A stretch of 64,000 bases of DNA from Candidatus Iainarchaeum sp. (lineage in GTDB: Archaea; Iainarchaeota; Iainarchaeia; Iainarchaeales; GCA-2688035): contig JAFCCL010000009.1 in assembly GCA_017610205.1 (NCBI GenBank), forward strand, positions 1 through 64,000, read 5' to 3'. The position numbers were made by a program, and so were the translations under genes. Of the stretch, positions 56,840-64,000 are shown one piece after another (the stretch's first letter is position 1; each line of letters begins with the position of its first letter). The notes beneath the pieces are model-generated. The model did no database searches and had not been told where the DNA came from. It saw only the letters and a program-made list of their open reading frames with translations.

Positions 56840-58089
56840 ACGAAAAATTCAAAACTGTTCGAGGAATGCGGGACTTTTTGCCAGAACAGGCTGTGAAAAA
56901 GCAGTTTGTTGAAGATGTCTGCAGGCAGGTTTTTGAAAACTATGGCTTTTTACCGTTGGAAACTCCTGTTGTTGAAGAGTTCAAATTGCTTGCAAAAAAG
57001 GGCTCTGGCGGGGAAGCAATAAAGGACGAAATTTATTACTTTAAGGATAAGAGTGAACGAGAGCTTGGACTGCGTTTTGATTTGACTGTTCCGCTTGCAA
57101 GAATTGTTGCGTCAAATCCACAGTTGCCAAAGCCGTTTAAGAGATACCAGATTGCAGATGTTTACAGGTATGACAGACCTGGCGCCTCAAGGTATAGGAA
57201 ATTCACTCAGGCAGATATTGACATTGTCGGGTCAAGTTCAATGCTTGCTGATTTTGAATGCATTGCTGCGCCAATTGAAATTTTGCAAAAGCTCGGGTTA
57301 AAATTCAAGGTAAGAATTTCCAACAGAAATCTTTTGGAGGAAATTGCAGTGTGCTGCGGTGTTGAAAAGGAAAGCGTAAAGGAATGCTTTAGGTGTATTG
57401 ACAAGCTTGACAAAATAGGCAGGGAAGGGGTTGCAAAGGAATTGAAGGAAAAGGGAATTGCTTCAAAGATTCTTGACACAATTGAAAAAAACAGCATTGC
57501 AGAGGTTGTAAAAAAGGTTAAGAAAAAGGAGGGAATTTCAGAGTTGAAAGAATTAATGGCTTTGCTTAAAAAAGCAGGGCTTGACAAATTTGTTAAAATT
57601 GACCTTTCACTTGCCAGAGGGCTTGAGTATTATACTGGAAATGTTTTTGAAATTGCAATTGCAAACGGACCAAGTATTGCAGGCGGAGGTCGTTACGACA
57701 ACCTTGTTGCTTCATACGGTGGCCAGCAGACTCCGGCTGTTGGCATAAGTCTTGGAGTTGACAGAATTCTTGACATACTACAGGATAAGCTAAATCCAGA
57801 GGCAGGAACAAAGATTTTTGTTGTGCCAATTGGAAAAGAAATGCAGGTGCCTGCTTTGGAACTTGTACAAAAAATAAGAGCGCTTGGAATTAATGCTTCA
57901 ATGGATTTGAATTCAAGGGGAATTAGCAAGAATTTGGATTATGCCAACAAGGTTGGAATTCCGTTTGTTGCAATTCTTGGAGAAAAGGAGTTGAAGAAAA
58001 AGGAATTCAGTTTGAAGAATATGAAAACTGGAAAAGAACAAAAAGTAAAAATTATCGATTTAAAAAAGCTGAAAGACAAATTAAAATAG
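56836..58089 (+). CDS. hisS: Histidyl-tRNA synthetase
   Basis: RGMRDFLP, LRFDLTVPLAR, RGLEYYTG, GGGRYD and a C-terminal anticodon-binding domain. Confidence 0.96.
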   Translation: MNEKFKTVRGMRDFLPEQAVKKQFVEDVCRQVFENYGFLPLETPVVEEFKLLAKKGSGGEAIKDEIYYFKDKSERELGLRFDLTVPLARIVASNPQLPKPFKRYQIADVYRYDRPGASRYRKFTQADIDIVGSSSMLADFECIAAPIEILQKLGLKFKVRISNRNLLEEIAVCCGVEKESVKECFRCIDKLDKIGREGVAKELKEKGIASKILDTIEKNSIAEVVKKVKKKEGISELKELMALLKKAGLDKFVKIDLSLARGLEYYTGNVFEIAIANGPSIAGGGRYDNLVASYGGQQTPAVGISLGVDRILDILQDKLNPEAGTKIFVVPIGKEMQVPALELVQKIRALGINASMDLNSRGISKNLDYANKVGIPFVAILGEKELKKKEFSLKNMKTGKEQKVKIIDLKKLKDKLK

Positions 58090-58114
58090 TTTTCTTTAGC
58101 TAAATTGTTTTAAT

Positions 58115-58206
58115 GCTCCAGTAGCTCAGTTTGGTTTAGAGCGCAACATTGGTATCTTCTATGGCCAATGATGTTGAGGCCCCGAGTTCAAATCTCGGCT
58201 GGAGCT
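58115..58206 (+). tRNA. tRNA-Thr(GGT) with a 16-nt intron at 37/38 (58155-58170)
   Basis: Acceptor GCTCCAG/CTGGAGC; CAACA/TGTTG stem; TTGG:CCAA central helix with 3-nt bulges (BHB). Confidence 0.9.
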
Positions 58207-58285
58207 CTCTTTTTTTAAGACTAAACCAGTGTTTTAATTCGAAAAGGAAAGGTTTTTATTCCAGAATTGCCTTATTGGTTGGACA

Positions 58286-60070
58286 ATGAACAGGTCAGTT
58301 TTGTCTTTGATAGTGGTTTCTTTAATTGCCTTAGTTATTGCTAGCGGCTGCATTTTTCCAGACGTTGGTGCAATAGACAAGGTAAAGGCACACCCTGCTG
58401 CTGCTGATTTTCTTGCAGAGCATCCTACTGCACAACTCACGGTTGTTTCATGGAGTGAAGCAGACAGCAAAGTAAATATGTTAGAGCTTGTTGAAAAATG
58501 CGGAACACAGATTCAACCAACAAATTACTACAAGATCGTGTTTTTGGAAGGCGATGCAAGGCTTGAAGGATGGGTTTATCAAAGTACAATGAATGTTGCA
58601 TGTGTTTATAGGAATGATGATCAGTGCAGTACTGATATTGATTGTGAAGACAATTCTCTTTGTACAAGGAATACTTGCGGAGGAATTCCAAAAACCTGCA
58701 GTACTGTTGAAATAAGGGAATGTATTGGCGGTGACGGATGCTGTCCAACAGGGTGTACTTTTGCGGTTGACTTTGATTGTGATTTGGATGAATGCAGCAT
58801 AAATTCTGATTGTGACGATGACAATCCGGCAACCATAGGCACTTGTGTTGGTTTGCCAAAAAGATGCCAGTATGAATACACAGATGAATGTGTTGATGGA
58901 GACGAATATTGTCCTGCCGGTTGCGAGTTTGAAAATGACAATGACTGCAGTGAAACCACATGTGAAACTGATTCTGACTGCAATGACAGAAGGAATCAAA
59001 CCCTTGATTTTTGTGTTGGTGTTCCAGGAGTATGTGTGCATCAGGAAATAACAGAGTGTGTAAGTGAAGACAACTATTGCCCGCCAGGGTGCACTTATAA
59101 GGAAGATACAGACTGTGTTGCACAGGCTGGAAATTTTGAAAGGTTTATTGTGGAATGCAATGGTTTTACGGCAAATGTTGATGCCACACTTGAAAATGAC
59201 GGAGAAGAACTTGTGGCAAGTTTTGATGGAGTAGCCAATAATTCAAATAATGCTGGATTGGTATTTGATAATTTCAAAAAATATAAATTTGATGGAATTG
59301 AAGCATATAATTCTGGAACTTCAGTAAAGGAAAGAATTGTAATTCAGGGCAAGGCTGTTTTTGACAAAGAAGCAAAGAAAAGCTATTTTTATGTAAATAG
59401 GAATGGGTTGCGTTATGAAATTGAATTTACACAGGGTCTTCCTGCAGTAAACACAATTGAGGGAAGCAAGCCATTTGTCGCAGGAAATAAAGACAAAATT
59501 CCAACAATACTTTTTGGAAAGAGTAGCCTTCTTATTGGAGCAAATCAAAATACGCAAGAGATTAAAATTCTGTCCAGTTATTATGAACTTTCTGTTAATG
59601 CAGGAGCTGTTGTGCAAAACCTTGAAGGAAAAAATGCCTCGATATACAATATGAGGGTTGCAAGATGTGACGAGGGAAGTGCTATTTTTTCACTTTATTC
59701 AGGAGGCAATCTTGTTACAAGCCAGGAAGCTAAAACAGGGGACATTCTTTTCCCTGAAAAACTTAAGAAAGTTATCAGATTGAATTATCTGAACAAAAGT
59801 AACATTACGGGAAGATGCGATTACAAGTATGCAAGAGGTGATTACGTTGAAACTTTTGTGCAGGGAGAAACATATCCTGCAGATGAAACCAGTCCATGGA
59901 AGACAATACTTGAATTTAGTGACAACAGGCTAAAAAAACTTGGGCTTAGCAATTATATTTTGCCAAATTCCAACCCATTAGAAAGCAGTGAAAATATATT
60001 GATTTTGCAGGAAGGGAAAAGCGTTGGCGTTGGGTTCTGCAAAGTTACATTTTATGGCCTTGTAAGGTAA
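58286..60070 (+). CDS. Secreted lipoprotein with Cys/Asp-rich repeats and a beta-rich C-terminal region
   Basis: Lipobox IASGC; three C...DC.D...T...C.G.P..C...C...D..CP.GC....D.DC units. Confidence 0.8.
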   Translation: MNRSVLSLIVVSLIALVIASGCIFPDVGAIDKVKAHPAAADFLAEHPTAQLTVVSWSEADSKVNMLELVEKCGTQIQPTNYYKIVFLEGDARLEGWVYQSTMNVACVYRNDDQCSTDIDCEDNSLCTRNTCGGIPKTCSTVEIRECIGGDGCCPTGCTFAVDFDCDLDECSINSDCDDDNPATIGTCVGLPKRCQYEYTDECVDGDEYCPAGCEFENDNDCSETTCETDSDCNDRRNQTLDFCVGVPGVCVHQEITECVSEDNYCPPGCTYKEDTDCVAQAGNFERFIVECNGFTANVDATLENDGEELVASFDGVANNSNNAGLVFDNFKKYKFDGIEAYNSGTSVKERIVIQGKAVFDKEAKKSYFYVNRNGLRYEIEFTQGLPAVNTIEGSKPFVAGNKDKIPTILFGKSSLLIGANQNTQEIKILSSYYELSVNAGAVVQNLEGKNASIYNMRVARCDEGSAIFSLYSGGNLVTSQEAKTGDILFPEKLKKVIRLNYLNKSNITGRCDYKYARGDYVETFVQGETYPADETSPWKTILEFSDNRLKKLGLSNYILPNSNPLESSENILILQEGKSVGVGFCKVTFYGLVR

Positions 60071-60135
60071 AAAAAAAGAATTTTTTGCAAAGCAAAAAAA
60101 TAAATAAACCAAACTACTAATAATAACTGGTTTTT

Positions 60136-60852
60136 ATGGTACTACACGACGAGGCTGTTGAAGCACTGGTTGCAAAATATGTTTCAAACAATATGGTGCT
60201 CTCATTTGGAACAAGCCCTGAAGGCATAAGGTTTATAAAAAAACTTGCGCTGAAAATTGAAGAAGAAGAAATTAACATAAGTGTTGTTCCAACAAACAAC
60301 AGGATTGCAGAACTTTTGACAGACCTTGACATAAAGACAACTTCAATAAACGATAAAGAAATTGACCTTGCAATTGAATTTGTTGACCTTGTTGACAAAG
60401 AATTTAATTTTGTTGAAAGAGAGTCAGGAAGCTTTGTAAGGGACAAAATGATTGCACAAAGTGCTGCAGAACTTATTGTAATAACAGAAGCAAAAAATTA
60501 CGGAAAACCATTAAAGGGATTGATTCCGTTTGAAGTCTGTCATTTTGGATGGAAAAGAACATTGCTCCAGCTTGAAAAGCTTGGCACTGCAAAAATAAGG
60601 GAAAAAAATAGAAAGCTGTTCAAAACAGAAACAGGCCATTATGTTATTGATGTAAATGTTGACGAAATATACTCATTGGAAGATTTGGAATTTCAGGCAA
60701 AGGACATTCCAGGCGTGCTTGAAACAGGTCTTTTTATAGGTTATGCCGACCGTGTTTTGCTTCACAACGGAGGACTTGACATGCTTTCAAGGCTTGACTA
60801 CAGCAAGCAAAATAGTGTTTCTGAAAAAGAAAAAGATATTATGACACTGTAA
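60136..60852 (+). CDS. rpiA: Ribose-5-phosphate isomerase A-like protein with a degenerate active site
   Basis: IPFEV, TETGHYVIDV and IPGVLETGLF are conserved; DGADE, KGGG and REK are altered. Confidence 0.75.
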   Translation: MVLHDEAVEALVAKYVSNNMVLSFGTSPEGIRFIKKLALKIEEEEINISVVPTNNRIAELLTDLDIKTTSINDKEIDLAIEFVDLVDKEFNFVERESGSFVRDKMIAQSAAELIVITEAKNYGKPLKGLIPFEVCHFGWKRTLLQLEKLGTAKIREKNRKLFKTETGHYVIDVNVDEIYSLEDLEFQAKDIPGVLETGLFIGYADRVLLHNGGLDMLSRLDYSKQNSVSEKEKDIMTL

Positions 60853-60905
60853 AAAAAGAAGGCAGTCACTATTTAAAGGTTAATTGAACTAAAAATTCTT
60901 ACAAC

Positions 60906-60980
60906 GCCGGAGTAGCTCAGCCTGGTTAGAGCGTTCGACTCATAATCGAAAGGCCGAGGGCTCATATCCCTCCTCCGGCA
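60906..60980 (+). tRNA. tRNA with CAT anticodon (probably elongator Met)
   Basis: GCCGGAG/CTCCGGC acceptor; TTCGA-CTCATAA-TCGAA; T arm GAGGG-CTCATAT-CCCTC. Confidence 0.88.
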
Positions 60981-61066
60981 TAAATATAATAATTAATTAA
61001 AAACAACCGGTGCAAAATCAAGCAATTAAGTTTAAAAACAGAAAAGCCGTTAATTGATTGAGAAAA

Positions 61067-61600
61067 ATGAAAATTTTGAAATATGTTTTAAGCATTCTTT
61101 TCTGCAACGCCTATAGGCTTTTGCGTTTTATTCCAAACAATGACCCAATAATGGGCTGCATGCTTCCATTTGCAAGGCAGGACAGTTGGTGGAAAGCACC
61201 ATTGTTTGCTTTTGTGACAATGGTTTCGTTTGATTTTATCACAATGAGGGTTGGTGTTTGGACAGGGGTTACTGCAGTTACTTATGCAGGCCTTGCAATA
61301 ATGTTCCACTTTTCCTACAAAAAAATCGGAACAGTAAAACTAAGGCACTATGTTGGCTCAGGCATTGCAGGCGTATTAATATTTGACTTTGTTACAGGCG
61401 TTGTTGCAGGACCAGCAATGTTTGGAATGAACATTGCACAGGCAGCAATTGGACAAATTCCTTTTACAGTAATGCATTTGCTTACAGTAACATTCTTTGT
61501 ACTGTTGATTACACCAATACTTGACAGAGCAGTAATAAACAATCCGACTCTTGAAGACACAAACGTAATCAGCAAGCTTAAGTTTTTGGCAAGGGCTTAA
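61067..61600 (+). CDS. ECF S-component-like membrane protein (DUF6580/CbrT-like), putative corrinoid uptake
   Basis: RLLRFIPNNDPI N-terminal motif, ~6 TM helices, QIPFTVMHL; DUF4430 neighbours. Confidence 0.6.
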   Translation: MKILKYVLSILFCNAYRLLRFIPNNDPIMGCMLPFARQDSWWKAPLFAFVTMVSFDFITMRVGVWTGVTAVTYAGLAIMFHFSYKKIGTVKLRHYVGSGIAGVLIFDFVTGVVAGPAMFGMNIAQAAIGQIPFTVMHLLTVTFFVLLITPILDRAVINNPTLEDTNVISKLKFLARA

Positions 61601-61602
61601 AA

Positions 61603-62034
61603 ATGGAAACACTGCCTTCAACAAAAAAAAGACTTTTTGACCCAAAGCTTGCACTTTTGCTTTTAGGACTTCTTGTGTTATGGCTTGTTTTTATAAGCAC
61701 TATTCCTGCAGAATACAATTCACCGTATGAAAAAGTAAATGTTTCATTCAAAGCAATTGTAAACGAAGAAACAATTTTGGACACAACTGCGGAGATTGCA
61801 AAAGGAACAAATGCCTTTGAAGCCATGCAGGAAATTACAGAAATAGAATTTACTGATTATGGAGAAATGGGAGTAATGATTGATTCAATCAATAGAGTAA
61901 CACCAAAAGCAAATGAATTTTGGAAGCTTTTTGTAAACGGCGAAGAGGCAGCAGTTGGAATAAGCAGTATTACAATTGAAGAAGATACAGAAATAAAATG
62001 GAAAACCGAATCAATTGACTCATATACAGGCTAA
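61603..62034 (+). CDS. Membrane-anchored DUF4430 (transcobalamin beta-domain-like) protein
   Basis: MGVMIDSIN...FWKLFVNGEEAAVGISS...DTEIKW. Confidence 0.8.
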   Translation: METLPSTKKRLFDPKLALLLLGLLVLWLVFISTIPAEYNSPYEKVNVSFKAIVNEETILDTTAEIAKGTNAFEAMQEITEIEFTDYGEMGVMIDSINRVTPKANEFWKLFVNGEEAAVGISSITIEEDTEIKWKTESIDSYTG

Positions 62035-62540
62035 TTCTTAATTTTGACAACTATTTTTTTACCAACAACCGGCAAAAGGCGCTTGAACTCTACTTCCAAA
62101 GACTTGTTAACAAGAAATTGGTCAACAGGCTTTTCAGAAAGCTTGCCATCAACCTCATAAATATAATAGCCCTGTTTGCCGTCAACACTTGAAATAAAAG
62201 AACCATCAGAAGTTTTCTTAAGGTTCAAGCTAACAGCCTTCTTTAAAGCATTGGCTAAAGAAGTTCCCTTTTCAACTTCAACAATAAGCGGCTTTTCAAG
62301 CAAATCATAGGCATTCTTAATCTTGTACAAGGCGCTTTTGTTAATAGCCAGTAGATGAGTATTACCCATCTTTGTCCTTTCAACAAAACCAGCTTCCTCC
62401 AAAACCCTGACATGCTTTAAGGCAACAGGCACAGAAATATCAAGCTCTTTTGCCAAAGCAGAAATATGCATGCTTTTATAAGTCAAAATCCTAAGCATGC
62501 TTCGCCTGTTCTCATTTCCAAAAACCCTAAAAATATCCAT
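62031..62540 (-). CDS. ArsR-family HTH regulator fused to a DUF4430-like domain
   Basis: NENRRSML...ISALAKEL..S.P.ALKHVRVLEEAGFV; C-terminal GSFISSVDG...YIYEVDGK. Confidence 0.8.
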   Translation of the reverse strand: MDIFRVFGNENRRSMLRILTYKSMHISALAKELDISVPVALKHVRVLEEAGFVERTKMGNTHLLAINKSALYKIKNAYDLLEKPLIVEVEKGTSLANALKKAVSLNLKKTSDGSFISSVDGKQGYYIYEVDGKLSEKPVDQFLVNKSLEVEFKRLLPVVGKKIVVKIKN

Positions 62541-62640
62541 TAAAACCAGCTATTATCCTTTTGGCTAATAACTATTATCTCTTTAGGAAACCATTTAAAA
62601 ACCTGTTTCTTAAATTCATAAAAAACATCGGGGGCTTTTC

Positions 62641-64000
62641 TTGAAAAAAACCATTATCGCAATTCTTATACTAAGCCTTTTGGCACAATCTGCAGCAGCA
62701 AAAGATATAACAGTAATATTCAATTTTCCAGACGGAACCAGTACTGACGTGGAAGAACTTGCTTCACTTCCATACGACGCAAACTCATTCAACGCATTTG
62801 CAACAGTTGCAAACAACAACAGCCTTAACCTTGATATGGCATATTACCCAGATTTTGACAGCTGGTTCATAAACGGAATAAACGAAGTTTATGGAAACGA
62901 AGAAAATGAGTATCAGTGGTGGCATTTCTGGGTAAACAACCAGGAATCAATGATTGGAATAAGTGCTCACATTCCAGAAGACGGCGACATAATAGAACTT
63001 GGTTTTGCAGACGAACCACTTGGACTGCAGACAACTGCAATTGAAAATGCAGTAAACTGGCTTGTTGAAAACCAACAGGGAGACGGAGAAATAGGCGAGC
63101 ACAAGGTCTGGGGAAACGCTTTTGCATTAATGGCACTAAACCTATTTGAAGGAAATGGCACAGTAAAAGATTTGGCATCAGACTACCTGTTAGAAAATCA
63201 GGGTGAAGATGCAGGCTTTGGCTGGCCAGGCTGGGGATCTGACGCATTGCACACAGCCGCAGTAATTATGGCAATGATTGCAAACCAAATTGAAATTCCG
63301 GAAGTTGGCGGAGAAAGCGCCATGGACTTCATGCTATCAAGGCAAGAGTCTGATGGGGGCTTTTCCGGCTGGGGTCAAGGAGACGTTGACACAACCTCCT
63401 GGGCAATGATGGCATTGGCCGCATCAAACCATGCAATGCCATCAAACAACGGCAACAGCCCTGTTGACTACCTGTCTTCAGCTCAAAATGCAGACGGGGG
63501 CTTTGGCTACCAAGCAGGAGGGGACAGTTCAGAGGACTATACAGCAGAAGCACTTTTGGCATTGTCTGCAATGAACCAAGAAAACAGCAACGAAGCAGAA
63601 AATGCATTGGTTTGGCTAAAGGAACAGCAGGAATCAGACGGGTGCTTTTCAAATGCCTACACAACGGCTTTGGCAACAATTGCTATGGCGGAATTTGAAG
63701 AGGACACAACAGATACGACACAATGCCTTGAAGAACTCCAGCTTTTAGACAACGGCTTTGGAAGAGATGGCAAAACAAGCAATGCAGTTGACACTGCCCT
63801 GGCAGTAATCGCCCTTTCAGGAAATAAGATTCCAACAATTGTTTTGGAAGGAGAAGAAAACCCGGGAATTGTTGCTGTTGGAAGCATTGTAAAATTCACT
63901 GTTGAAATCACAAACTATGGCGAGGTTTCAGCCAAAAATGTTTCAATTGGCTTTCAAGGAATTCCATTTTTGTGGATTCAGCAGGAAACAAGTGATATAA
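62641..64000 (+). CDS. Secreted protein: DUF4430 domain, prenyltransferase/squalene-oxidase-like alpha-barrel repeats, start of an Ig-like domain (runs past the window end)
   Basis: Manually translated, absent from the ORF track: MKKTIIAILILSLLAQSAAA signal; FINGIN...WWHFWVNNQESMIGIS; repeats L...Q..DGGFG. Confidence 0.85.
   Translation, partial: MKKTIIAILILSLLAQSAAAKDITVIFNFPDGTSTDVEELASLPYDANSFNAFATVANNNSLNLDMAYYPDFDSWFINGINEVYGNEENEYQWWHFWVNNQESMIGISAHIPEDGDIIELGFADEPLGLQTTAIENAVNWLVENQQGDGEIGEHKVWGNAFALMALNLFEGNGTVKDLASDYLLENQGEDAGFGWPGWGSDALHTAAVIMAMIANQIEIPEVGGESAMDFMLSRQESDGGFSGWGQGDVDTTSWAMMALAASNHAMPSNNGNSPVDYLSSAQNADGGFGYQAGGDSSEDYTAEALLALSAMNQENSNEAENALVWLKEQQESDGCFSNAYTTALATIAMAEFEEDTTDTTQCLEELQLLDNGFGRDGKTSNAVDTALAVIALSGNKIPTIVLEGEENPGIVAVGSIVKFTVEITNYGEVSAKNVSIGFQGIPFLWIQQETSDI

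Noticed and set aside
62641-64000. Squalene cyclase or prenyltransferase enzyme
   Set aside because: Secreted, fused to DUF4430, and no DXDD motif seen; the repeats are more likely a structural alpha-barrel

Overview
Archaeal genomic window. Archaeal markers are a family-B DNA polymerase, type II methionine aminopeptidase, a BHB-intron tRNA, TrmB/Lrp regulators and a class III signal peptide. It also carries bacterial-type genes (SHMT, subfamily-2 PyrF, long RelA/SpoT homolog); this mix suggests a DPANN archaeon, probably Iainarchaeota/Diapherotrites (inference, not verified). Content: (1) pyrF-HAD-glyA. (2) A ~27 kb locus of three tandem paralogous giant (2.4-2.6 kaa) membrane-anchored beta-sandwich proteins, each with a different insert at an equivalent position, followed by five small membrane proteins, two coiled-coil proteins and a degenerate HerA/VirB4-like protein. 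This is the best candidate for an undescribed cell-contact or translocation machine. (3) A sigma-70-like basic protein, polB, a PKD surface protein and map. (4) A tyrosine-integrase island at tRNA-Arg(GCG), followed by small cassettes (HicBA, RelBE, orphans, two 94-bp hairpin units) bounded by degenerate copies of the tRNA 3' end. (5) Trk genes, an RSH with a degenerate synthetase domain, and tRNA-His plus hisG-hisE fusion/hisI/hisF/hisA/hisS with a triplicated operator-like motif. (6) A degenerate RpiA and a putative cobalamin-capture locus with an ArsR-DUF4430 regulator. Five tRNAs were found. All calls come from manual motif reading; no searches were run.
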